Assembly (NCBI GenBank): GCA_902553005.1
Contig: CACDIK010000003.1
Span: 3,113-67,112, forward strand
Direction: 5' to 3'
Source: an uncultured Alphaproteobacteria bacterium
GTDB lineage: Bacteria > Pseudomonadota > Alphaproteobacteria > HIMB59 > GCA-002718135
Length of the DNA stretch: 64,000 nucleotides
In this document: piece after piece, positions 49,528 to 58,169 of the stretch
Position numbering within the stretch: the first letter of the stretch is position 1
Layout of the letters: every line of letters starts with the position of its first letter
Position numbers and translations under genes: made by a program
Notes under the pieces: model-generated
The model's database searches: none
The model's input: only the letters and a program-made list of their open reading frames with translations
What the model was told of the DNA's origin: nothing

Positions 49528-50640
49528 CTAATAAAGTCCCATTGATTTAGCAGAAGAGATGAAGGCTTCTTTATTGCCAATAAAGTTTTTACCTCGTTCC
49601 CCTAAAAACGCATCATCTACTATATTATTCCATTCTTGAACAGGAACTTTTATTTCATTTAAGTTTAGAGGAACCTCTAAAGAACGCATAAATTCACTCA
49701 GATGATTTGCGGCATTCTCTAGGCTATCGTTAAAAATTAATTTTAGTCTCTCCTCAGCTACACTATCAATTCCAACCATACTTTTAGTAATCATGGGTAA
49801 AGTAAATGAACAAGCAATACCATGCTGAATACCGTAATTGAGTGTCACAGGGTAAGATAGATTGTGCGCAATAGCAGTTTTCGTATTGGAAAACGCTAAG
49901 CCAGCATGAACGCATGCCAGTGCAATGTTTGAGCGTAATTCAACATTTCTTAAATCTTTAGTGAGAAGTGGTAAAGTTTCTAATACTAATTTTGATGCTT
50001 GTATTGCATGAGAAGCAGAAACTGGGTTTGCATTAATATTCCAAATACTTTCCATTGAATGGGAGAGAGTATCTAAACCTGTTGAAATGGTCAAACCTAA
50101 AGGCTTATCAACCATAATAGATGGGTCAATAATTGTTTTTTCTGCATAAAGAGATTTGTGCGCCAAAGATAATTTATTATTTTTTTCTTTATCCCATATT
50201 GTGGCCCAACACGTAAGCTCACTTGATGTTCCTGAAGTTGTAGGTACTGCAATAATCTTGATTGGATTTTCGACTCTTGGATTTTTCTTATTGCGAACGA
50301 AATCTGTTAGATATTCTTGTTTATCTTTAAATGCAGCAATTGCTTTAGCTGTGTCTGTAACAGAGCCACCACCTATAGCTAAAATATAATCTACCGATTC
50401 ATTGATTGAAGAAAATTTATTTTGTAGCTCTAAAATATCCTTATAATCTGGATTAGGCTGAACATCAGTCATAATGGATAAAGGTGGATTTGAAGAAGAT
50501 TTTAATTCATTGCTATATTTTTTAAAAATTTCTTCTGGATGAGTAATTATGATGTAGTTCTTATTTTTAAGAGCATCATGTACTTCTTTAAATCTATTTT
50601 CTCCAAAGATAATTTCAACAGGGTTAAAATAATTCCACAT
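49528..50640 (-). CDS. Iron-containing (group III) alcohol dehydrogenase; phosphonoacetaldehyde/2-hydroxyethylphosphonate oxidoreductase candidate
   Basis: 370 aa with the GGGSVTDTAKA NAD(P) motif and His-rich metal ligands (LDTLSHSMES, AIAHNLSYP). The family assignment is firm; the substrate is inference from context. Confidence 0.75.
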   Translation of the reverse strand: MWNYFNPVEIIFGENRFKEVHDALKNKNYIIITHPEEIFKKYSNELKSSSNPPLSIMTDVQPNPDYKDILELQNKFSSINESVDYILAIGGGSVTDTAKAIAAFKDKQEYLTDFVRNKKNPRVENPIKIIAVPTTSGTSSELTCWATIWDKEKNNKLSLAHKSLYAEKTIIDPSIMVDKPLGLTISTGLDTLSHSMESIWNINANPVSASHAIQASKLVLETLPLLTKDLRNVELRSNIALACVHAGLAFSNTKTAIAHNLSYPVTLNYGIQHGIACSFTLPMITKSMVGIDSVAEERLKLIFNDSLENAANHLSEFMRSLEVPLNLNEIKVPVQEWNNIVDDAFLGERGKNFIGNKEAFISSAKSMGLY

Positions 50641-50644
50641 TACA

Positions 50645-51724
50645 TTAAATTGATTTTGCCGCTTTAGTTAAAATTGTCATTTTCTCAATTGCTTGTTCTC
50701 GCGTAAAGAAACCTAAACCACAATCTGGTGCAGCTATTAAACGGTGTTCATCAATATGCTCTAAAGAATCTTTCATACGAACTCTAACTTCTTCTACTGT
50801 CTCCATTCTGCTTTTAGCAATGTCAATAAATCCAAAAATAACTTTTGTTTTTGTAAATTTTTCTAAAAGATTTAAGTCATTATGTCTGTGGGAGTCTTCT
50901 AAGGATACTTCGTCAATTGTAGAGTCATCTACTAAAGTAGCAATTCTATCATAAGCATCTAATTCTGCTTTCTTGTATCCATGAGAATCTAAGGAATTTG
51001 GATAACCACAACAGATATGACAAACTCGTTGAACTTCTTTTGGAATACCATGCATCATTCTTTCCAAGTTTTCCATACCATAAGCATTGGCCTCATCGGG
51101 TTTTCTTGCAAAAACTGGTTCATCAATTTGTATGTATTGACAACCAGCATCAGCTAGAGCTTTTACCTCTTTGTTTAGAGCCAAAGCTAAATCAAAACCA
51201 AGTTTTTTCATGTCATCATAGTAATTATTAGCAATAGAATCTGTAATTGTCATTGGTCCTGGGAGAGTTATTTTAACTGGATTTTTTGTAAATTGCTGAG
51301 CACTTTTCCAATCTATATGCATACGAATTTCTTTACTTGAAATTGGAGCTACTATCGTTGGAAGATCAGCTTCAAAGGCTCCTTGCCGTACAGATTTATG
51401 AGTTACCTCTTTAAAACTTACACCGTTTAAAAAACGACATTGATATAAGACATAACTTTCACGTCTTACTTCTCCATCAGTTGGAACATCAATTCCCGCA
51501 TTTACCTGATCAATAATAACCTCTTTAATTGCTTCTAAAAATAATTTTTCTGCTTCTTCACCTGCTGACTCTAATGCCTTTTCATACGCACCTGGAGACC
51601 AATTAGATAAAAGTCCTTTTGAAGCTTTTCTCTCTTCTTCTGATTTTGTCCCTAAAAACCAATCTTGAATCGGCGTCTGTTTTGGTTTTGGATATGCACC
51701 TATGGTAGTAGTTGTAAGAGGCAT
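50645..51724 (-). CDS. MetE C-terminal-domain-like (Meth_synt_2) zinc-dependent alkyl/methyl-transferase
   Basis: 359 aa, starting TTTIGAYPKP like short MetE-like proteins. Its Zn/thiol-activation pattern is H-x-C (CHICCGY), E (SLEDSH) and D-C-G (APDCGLGF). Confidence 0.65.
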   Translation of the reverse strand: MPLTTTTIGAYPKPKQTPIQDWFLGTKSEEERKASKGLLSNWSPGAYEKALESAGEEAEKLFLEAIKEVIIDQVNAGIDVPTDGEVRRESYVLYQCRFLNGVSFKEVTHKSVRQGAFEADLPTIVAPISSKEIRMHIDWKSAQQFTKNPVKITLPGPMTITDSIANNYYDDMKKLGFDLALALNKEVKALADAGCQYIQIDEPVFARKPDEANAYGMENLERMMHGIPKEVQRVCHICCGYPNSLDSHGYKKAELDAYDRIATLVDDSTIDEVSLEDSHRHNDLNLLEKFTKTKVIFGFIDIAKSRMETVEEVRVRMKDSLEHIDEHRLIAAPDCGLGFFTREQAIEKMTILTKAAKSI

Positions 51725-51746
51725 GACTTATTCTCCCAAATATCTT

Positions 51747-51779
51747 AAAATAAAACAGCGGCTTTTATAAAGCCGCTGT
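51747..51779 (-). terminator. Hairpin plus T-rich run after the binding-protein gene
   Basis: The minus strand reads ACAGCGGCTT-TATAA-AAGCCGCTGT followed by TTTATTTT. It lies between the SBP stop and the MetE-like start. Confidence 0.65.
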
Positions 51780-51806
51780 AATAAAAAGTTAACAATAAAG
51801 TAATCT

Positions 51807-53060
51807 CTATAAAAGATCCTCTATTTCTTCCATCATCTCTTCTTGAAGATCAGCCATATTATCTGCACTACCTGTAGCAATTTCTTCAGTGTAATCATAG
51901 ATTACCTGAGTTATTGCTAGACCGTTTTCACCAGGATATGCAAACCAATCAGCCAATAAAGGTAATTGATTTACAGCAGTTAGCTTGTTTGGATTTTTAG
52001 TATAAAAATCACCTAACAAATCATTGGCTGCTTTATTTGGTGGAACATATCCAGTAGTTTCAGCAACTAAAGCTGCACCTATACCAGAAGTGATAAACTT
52101 TAAGAAAGTCCATGCAGCATCTACTCTTGCTGGATCATCAGATGTAGAAACCAACATCGCAGCATTTCCACCCGCTGGAAGTCTTGCTGGAGTTCCTCCA
52201 TTTACACCTGGCATTCCTGGAAATGGTGCTGTTTTAAGTTCAAAATCTGCTTTGGCTGCGTTTACTGAACCTAAGCTTGATGTTGACCAGAAAAACATAC
52301 CAATAGTGCCTGCATTAAATGCAGCTTGACCGTCAGCAATTGAATAGTTTGGCATATTACAACCACTCATTATGTCATGCATTTGTTGTAAAGTTGCTAG
52401 ACCAGCATCTCCACCCATATTAACAGCACCATCTTTTACCATTGGAACATTTTGGGTATGCATTAATGCTTGGTGAAACCAGTTACCTGTAATATTCCAA
52501 CCAAAATATAAAGTTCCTTTTCCAGCTGCTTCTAATTTATTACAAGCTGCGATAACTTCGTCCCAGTTAGTTGGGATGTTATCTATACCTGCTTCAGCTA
52601 ATAGATCCATGTTATAGTATCCAACTGGTGTTGATACAGAAAATGGTAACCCATATACGTCACCACCAAAGGTAGATAGACTTAACATAGCAGAGTGATA
52701 ACCATCTTTTTCAAAGTCAGCTTCTCCTGCAATAAAAGGCTCTAATGATTTTGCAATCCCTTTATCAACAAGTGGTGCTTGTCTGTTAAGACCTTGCATC
52801 GTTACATCTGGTAAATTACCTGAAGTAGACTCTCTGAAGATTGTTGCGGTTGCATCTTCATAGTTTTCATAAGTTGCCCTAAATTTAACTTGAATATCTG
52901 GATGTGCTTTTTCAAACTCCGGCATAATAGCTTGAAAGGTAACATCAAATAATCCAGAATAAGGATAAGCTACTTCTATTTCTATAGACTTAACTGAATT
53001 AACAGAACCATAAAAACCAAAAGCTAATACGGCTGCCAATCCTGTAATTAATTTTTTCAT
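51807..53060 (-). CDS. Periplasmic solute-binding protein, family 1 (UgpB-like); candidate organophosphonate binding protein
   Basis: 417 aa with a signal peptide and family-1 SBP architecture. It lies between phnA-phnY and the MetE-like operon, opposite an ABC ATPase and two permeases. Confidence 0.75.
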   Translation of the reverse strand: MKKLITGLAAVLAFGFYGSVNSVKSIEIEVAYPYSGLFDVTFQAIMPEFEKAHPDIQVKFRATYENYEDATATIFRESTSGNLPDVTMQGLNRQAPLVDKGIAKSLEPFIAGEADFEKDGYHSAMLSLSTFGGDVYGLPFSVSTPVGYYNMDLLAEAGIDNIPTNWDEVIAACNKLEAAGKGTLYFGWNITGNWFHQALMHTQNVPMVKDGAVNMGGDAGLATLQQMHDIMSGCNMPNYSIADGQAAFNAGTIGMFFWSTSSLGSVNAAKADFELKTAPFPGMPGVNGGTPARLPAGGNAAMLVSTSDDPARVDAAWTFLKFITSGIGAALVAETTGYVPPNKAANDLLGDFYTKNPNKLTAVNQLPLLADWFAYPGENGLAITQVIYDYTEEIATGSADNMADLQEEMMEEIEDLL

Positions 53061-53197
53061 TTAATCCTCCCGATTGAATATAATAATTTAATCTAACATG
53101 TACCCTTATAGGGTTACAATTTTATTACGAAAATATTACTAAAAAATAGGCTTATTTTTCCACAGTATTAGAGAAAATTAGAGAAAAACTGATTTAT

Positions 53198-54640
53198 TTA
53201 CCAAGGTAGCGAAAAGGTTTTTACATTAGTAAAACTTTTCATCGCTTCAATAACACCCTCTTTGTAACCAAGACCTGAATCTTTAATTCCTCCAAAAGGA
53301 GACATTTCAATTCTGTAGCCTGGAACCTCCCAAATATTTACTGTACCAACATTTAAACCTTGAATATATTTTTTTGCTCGCATGAAATTATTTGTACATA
53401 CACCAGATGATAATCCGAATGCGGTTGAATTAGATATTTTCATTACAGCTACATCGTCATTAGGCACACGAATGATTGGAATAACCGGACCAAAAGTTTC
53501 TTCTAAAACTAATTCACTTTTAGGATCAACATTGTCTACTACTATTGGAGGCAACAACGCACCCTTTCTTCCAGGATGATATAAAATTTTTGCACCATCT
53601 TCTTGCGCCATAGAAACTCTTTTATCAAAAAGTTCCGCAGCTTCAGCATTAACAACAGTACCTAAGTCTGTTTCCATATTCATAGGATCACCAAATTTAA
53701 TTTTCTTAGCACGCTCAAGAGCCATTTCAACAAATTGATCTGCAATGGATTCTTGAACCAGTATTCTTTTAACAGCTGTACAACGTTGACCAGAGTTTTT
53801 CGTTGCTCCAGTAACAGCTAGCTCAACTGCTTTTTTAAGATCATCACCATCTAAGTCATTTAAAACAATTAGTGGATCATTACCACCAAGCTCTAGAACT
53901 GTTCTTTTGTATCCAGCTTGTTCAGCAATTAATTTTCCTACACCTACACTGCCTGTAAAAGTAATTAGATCAATGTTTGGATTTTTGATCATTTCTGATC
54001 CGATATCTTGAGGCCATCCAGTTACAACTGAAAACATTTCTGGTGGCAGACCTGCTTCATATAAAACATCAGCGAGTACCATTGCTGTTAAAGGTGTTAA
54101 TTCTGTCTGCTTACATACTGTACAATTATTAGTAGCAATTGAAGGCGCAATTTTATGCGCTACCATATTCAAAGGGTGATTAAATGGAGTGATTGCTGAG
54201 ATTGCCGTTAAAGGTTCTCTTATGGTAAATATTTTTCTCGCTTTTCCATGCGGAGTTAAATCACAAGAAAATATTTCTCCATCATCAAGAATACAAAGTT
54301 GAGCCGTCAAAGAAAATACATCAAAAGCTCTTCCTACTTCGTATAGAGAATCTTGTTTTGAGATACCAAGTTCTAAAGTAATAATATCAGAAATTTCTTC
54401 TTTTCTTTTAACAAGTACTTCTGCAGCAGTTTGAAGAATTTTTTGTCTCTCATATCTTGTAAGTTTAGATTGGTAATTTGCAGCAATATCTAAAGCCTTT
54501 CTTGCATGCTCTGCAGTACCGGCAGGGACCGTGCCGATTACTTCACCTGTAAAAGGGTACTCAACATTTATTGTTTTATCTGAAGTAACTTTTTCTCCAG
54601 CTATACGCATTGCTTCATTAATCATTTTTTTGTGCATCAT
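53198..54640 (-). CDS. phnY: Aldehyde dehydrogenase, PhnY-type phosphonoacetaldehyde dehydrogenase candidate
   Basis: 480 aa with ALDH motifs (ELGGNDP, catalytic Cys in GQRCTAV). It has a 4-nt overlap with phnA, the known PhnW/PhnY/PhnA arrangement. Confidence 0.75.
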   Translation of the reverse strand: MMHKKMINEAMRIAGEKVTSDKTINVEYPFTGEVIGTVPAGTAEHARKALDIAANYQSKLTRYERQKILQTAAEVLVKRKEEISDIITLELGISKQDSLYEVGRAFDVFSLTAQLCILDDGEIFSCDLTPHGKARKIFTIREPLTAISAITPFNHPLNMVAHKIAPSIATNNCTVCKQTELTPLTAMVLADVLYEAGLPPEMFSVVTGWPQDIGSEMIKNPNIDLITFTGSVGVGKLIAEQAGYKRTVLELGGNDPLIVLNDLDGDDLKKAVELAVTGATKNSGQRCTAVKRILVQESIADQFVEMALERAKKIKFGDPMNMETDLGTVVNAEAAELFDKRVSMAQEDGAKILYHPGRKGALLPPIVVDNVDPKSELVLEETFGPVIPIIRVPNDDVAVMKISNSTAFGLSSGVCTNNFMRAKKYIQGLNVGTVNIWEVPGYRIEMSPFGGIKDSGLGYKEGVIEAMKSFTNVKTFSLPW

Positions 54641-55878
54641 AGGGCTCCGTTAATTGCATAGTAAAATGCATCATAGTTATATAATTGTTTGCTAGTATCT
54701 ATGTTTTGTAATTTTAAATTTGATATGAATGGCACTTCTCTTTCATGAAGTCCACCGTGTGAACGTAAAGGTTCATTTAATCCAGAAAGATTGTGTTTAT
54801 CTTCCGATGAACCAATAGTCATAAATTCTGAAGACATACATATTATGTCTCCCATTCTATCAGGGGGTAAGTTATAAGTAGAGCATCCTTCGTCTTTTGT
54901 TAAAACAACTTCTATATCTTTTATTTCTTTGATAGCATTTACAACTGAATCTATCTTGCTCTTGTCTTCTAAATAAATTGTTGCAAAAGAACCTAGTGAA
55001 CCATGATGCACGACATATGGATCTGTAATTGGTAGAATAACTTTAGCCATGTTTTGTTCAAATTTATTATCTAAATAATCTTGTAAAAATATTGCATTAG
55101 GTGAACCATCTTCTTTTGATTTTGGTTTCATACCGTGATCTGCTGTAATGATTATAGAAACATTCTCCTTATTTAAAAGACCAATATATTTATCAAACAT
55201 TGCATAAAATTTATTTGCTGTTTCATTTCCTGGTGCATATTTGTGTTGAATATAATCCGTAGTCGATAAATACATGATATTTGGTTTGAACTCTTCAAGA
55301 AGCTTTACACCTGCGGCCATTACAAATTCAGAAAGTCCTTCAGAGTATACTTCTGGCACTGGCATTCCCAACCAATCGTTTACATTATCTATACCATTGA
55401 GATCTTTTGTTGCTTGATCAGATTTTTCAGCAGAAAAACAAATAGCTCTCTCATCATCAAAACTTAATCCGTTTCCTAAAAGTGTTCTCAGCTTATCTTT
55501 TGCAGTAACAAGAGCTATTTTAGAACCAGAATTATAAAATTTTTCAAAAATAGTTGGTGCTCGCATATATTTTGGGTCATTCATCATTACTTCTTCACCA
55601 GTCTCGGGTGTATAAAAGAAGTTTCCGCATATACCGTGAACAGAACTTGGCTGCCCAGTTACAATGGAAATATTATTAGGATTTGTAAAACTTGGAATAG
55701 CGCTGTGAACAAGTAGGTTTTCACCACTTGCAATTAGTTTATCAAGATTTGGCGTAAGATTTGATTTTGATGCTTCGTCGAGATACTCTTTTTGACTACC
55801 ATCAAGACATATAACAATAGCAGTTTTTGAGAAAGAGCTTGGATATTCTCTTTTATTAATTTCTAAATTATCGGACAC
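54637..55878 (-). CDS. phnA: Phosphonoacetate hydrolase (alkaline-phosphatase/NPP superfamily)
   Basis: 413 aa with a GTG start and NPP-type motifs (VICLDG, FTNPNN, TADHGM, HGG). It is coupled to phnY. Confidence 0.75.
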   Translation of the reverse strand: MSDNLEINKREYPSSFSKTAIVICLDGSQKEYLDEASKSNLTPNLDKLIASGENLLVHSAIPSFTNPNNISIVTGQPSSVHGICGNFFYTPETGEEVMMNDPKYMRAPTIFEKFYNSGSKIALVTAKDKLRTLLGNGLSFDDERAICFSAEKSDQATKDLNGIDNVNDWLGMPVPEVYSEGLSEFVMAAGVKLLEEFKPNIMYLSTTDYIQHKYAPGNETANKFYAMFDKYIGLLNKENVSIIITADHGMKPKSKEDGSPNAIFLQDYLDNKFEQNMAKVILPITDPYVVHHGSLGSFATIYLEDKSKIDSVVNAIKEIKDIEVVLTKDEGCSTYNLPPDRMGDIICMSSEFMTIGSSEDKHNLSGLNEPLRSHGGLHEREVPFISNLKLQNIDTSKQLYNYDAFYYAINGAL

Positions 55879-55967
55879 GACTTCAACTAATATATATCAT
55901 TAAAAATAAGAATTTATAGTTATCTGCTAGTTAAACTCAATCATAATTTGAATATTTGTTAATAAAA

Positions 55968-56000
55968 TTGAAATAAAACTGAAATAATTAGATTTATAAT
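55968..56000 (+). promoter_or_regulatory. Candidate Pho box plus -10 element for the ABC importer operon
   Basis: TTGAAAT-AAAA-CTGAAAT (a 7-4-7 direct repeat with 11-bp period) is followed after 9 nt by TATAAT (55995-56000). This is the same geometry as E. coli Pho promoters. Confidence 0.4.
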
Positions 56001-56057
56001 ATTCTCAAATTTAATAAAATTTTGTAGATTAAATATAATTATAAGGGGGGAGATTAA

Positions 56058-57197
56058 GTGGGCACAATATCACTTAAAAATATTTCAAAGTCATTTGGAT
56101 CTACGCAAGTATTAAACAATTTAAATGTTGATATACAAGATGGCGAATTTTTAACATTAGTTGGTCCATCTGGTTGTGGTAAATCCACCTTACTCCGAAT
56201 CATTGCAGGATTAGAACAACAAACTTCAGGTGATGTATTAATTGATAATAAGAATGTAAATAAAATTAGAGCCAGCGAGCGAGATCTTGCAATGGTATTT
56301 CAATCATACGCTTTATATCCTCATTTAACGGTACGAAGAAATTTAGAAACACCTTTAAGACTGAGAGATTATAATGCTTTTGAACGCCTTCCTTTAATAG
56401 GGAATTTTTCTCCAAACAAAAAAAGTAAAACTGAGTCTATCAATCAATTAGTTAATAAAACATCTGAAACACTTCAGATTTCTGAACTACTGGATAGAAA
56501 ACCAGGACAATTATCAGGAGGCCAAAGACAAAGAGTAGCTCTTGGTCGCGCAATGGTAAGAGAACCTGTTGCATTCTTAATGGATGAACCTCTATCAAAT
56601 TTAGATGCCGCTCTAAGAGTGCACATGCGATCTGAATTATCAGAACTTCACAATTCACTTAAAACAACATTTGTTTATGTAACGCATGATCAAGCAGAAG
56701 CATTGACAATGTCTTCTCGTATGGCGGTAATGATTGATGGAAATTTATTACAACTAGATACACCTCAAGAAGTTTATGATAATCCTTCATCATTAAGTGT
56801 TGCTCAATTTGTTGGTAGTCCTAAAATAAATATTTTTAATGGATCTTCAGATTCTAGTGGAACTGTTAATTTTTTAAATGTTAACCTGAAAAGAAAAAGT
56901 TCTGAAAGTAATTCAGATTTACACATAGGAATTCGACCAGAACATTTAGAAATTACTAATGATAAAGATGAAAACACATTTGGTGGCACTGTTGCTTACA
57001 GAGAAAATTTAGGATCAGATATATACTTCCATGTTAATATAGAAGACAACTCAAAAAAAATAATTGTAAGAGGCTTACCTCAATTTACACATCAAATTAC
57101 AAATGGTTCAAGTGTAAATATCAAGAGAGATTCAAATAAAGCATTGTTATTTAATCAAACAGGGATGAGGATTCATTTTAATAATGCAATGGGATAA
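56058..57197 (+). CDS. ABC transporter ATPase (UgpC/MalK-type with a C-terminal regulatory/TOBE domain)
   Basis: 379 aa with a GTG start preceded by AAGGGGGGAG, plus [23 protein letters not shown] and MDEPLSNLD. Confidence 0.9.
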   Translation: MGTISLKNISKSFGSTQVLNNLNVDIQDGEFLTLVGPSGCGKSTLLRIIAGLEQQTSGDVLIDNKNVNKIRASERDLAMVFQSYALYPHLTVRRNLETPLRLRDYNAFERLPLIGNFSPNKKSKTESINQLVNKTSETLQISELLDRKPGQLSGGQRQRVALGRAMVREPVAFLMDEPLSNLDAALRVHMRSELSELHNSLKTTFVYVTHDQAEALTMSSRMAVMIDGNLLQLDTPQEVYDNPSSLSVAQFVGSPKINIFNGSSDSSGTVNFLNVNLKRKSSESNSDLHIGIRPEHLEITNDKDENTFGGTVAYRENLGSDIYFHVNIEDNSKKIIVRGLPQFTHQITNGSSVNIKRDSNKALLFNQTGMRIHFNNAMG

Positions 57198-57212
57198 GGA
57201 TAACATTTACTA

Positions 57213-58169
57213 ATGCATAATTCAAAGGCTCATCTATGGTTTATTGCCCCTGCAATAATACTCATGATAATTATTTTAATCTTTCCTCTTTTTCTTGCAG
57301 GTGGGATTTCCTTTACTGATTATAATTTAGGCAACAAAACATTTGAATGGATTGGGTTAGAGAACTATGACAAAATGTTTAACCGAAAAACTTATGTGAA
57401 AATGATTTGGGCGACAGCCACGTATGTAATTGTTGTGGTGCCTATTTCAGTTATACTTGGTTTATGTGCAGCGATGCTCTTAAATTCTCTACGATTTGGT
57501 GCTGACATATATAAAACTATTTTCTTTCTTCCAGTTATGGCGACGCTTCTGGCAATGGCTATTGCTTGGGAATTCACTCTTCACCCAACTCTTGGGATAG
57601 TAAATAATTTTTTAGCTAATGGTTGTGGTGGTGCAAGAGAATTTATTTTTGGTTTTCATTGGTTGCCATGGGTAGACTCAGAACAAAGTTGGTATGCAGT
57701 GGCGTGTGCAAATAACATGGACTTTCCTTATTGGTTAAAACAAAAAAATACTGCCATTTGGACTGTTTGTTTTATTGGAATATGGCAAGCCTTTGGTTTC
57801 AATATGGTTTTATATTTAGCTGGATTAACAGGTATACCAAGAGAACTATATCAAGCTGCAGAAATGGATGGAGCTAAATCAACATGGGAACAATTTAAAC
57901 TTGTAACATGGCCAATGCTTGGTCCAACAACTTTATTTGTTGTAACTATAACGACTATTAGAACCTTTCAAGTTTTTGATACAATTGAAATACTCACAAA
58001 AGGTGGTCCATCTAAAACAACCTACGTTATGATGTATGCAATTTTTGAAAAAGCTATTCAACAAAATTTAACAAGTATTGGTGCAGCTATCACAGTTGTC
58101 TTCATTGGATTTATATTGATATTAACTTTCTTCCAAAGATATATCATTGAGAAAAGGGTTCATTATTAA
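57213..58169 (+). CDS. ABC transporter permease (MalF/UgpA-type)
   Basis: 318 aa with the EAA loop YQAAEMDGAKSTWEQFKLVTWP. Confidence 0.85.
   Translation: MHNSKAHLWFIAPAIILMIIILIFPLFLAGGISFTDYNLGNKTFEWIGLENYDKMFNRKTYVKMIWATATYVIVVVPISVILGLCAAMLLNSLRFGADIYKTIFFLPVMATLLAMAIAWEFTLHPTLGIVNNFLANGCGGAREFIFGFHWLPWVDSEQSWYAVACANNMDFPYWLKQKNTAIWTVCFIGIWQAFGFNMVLYLAGLTGIPRELYQAAEMDGAKSTWEQFKLVTWPMLGPTTLFVVTITTIRTFQVFDTIEILTKGGPSKTTYVMMYAIFEKAIQQNLTSIGAAITVVFIGFILILTFFQRYIIEKRVHY

Noticed and set aside
51725-51806. A possible SAM or cobalamin riboswitch in the leader of the MetE-like gene.
   Set aside because: The only structure I can see is a simple 10-bp hairpin followed by a T-rich run, directly after the binding-protein stop codon. 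That fits an intercistronic terminator or stabiliser. I could not recognise any riboswitch consensus by eye. A covariance-model scan (Rfam) would settle it.
46205-53060. Visibly higher GC content in the binding-protein genes (pstS and both UgpB-like genes), considered as a sign of recent horizontal transfer.
   Set aside because: The shift tracks amino-acid composition (Ala/Gly/Pro-rich periplasmic proteins) and probably high expression. The flanking permease genes in the same operons have typical AT-rich composition. Composition alone is not evidence of transfer here.
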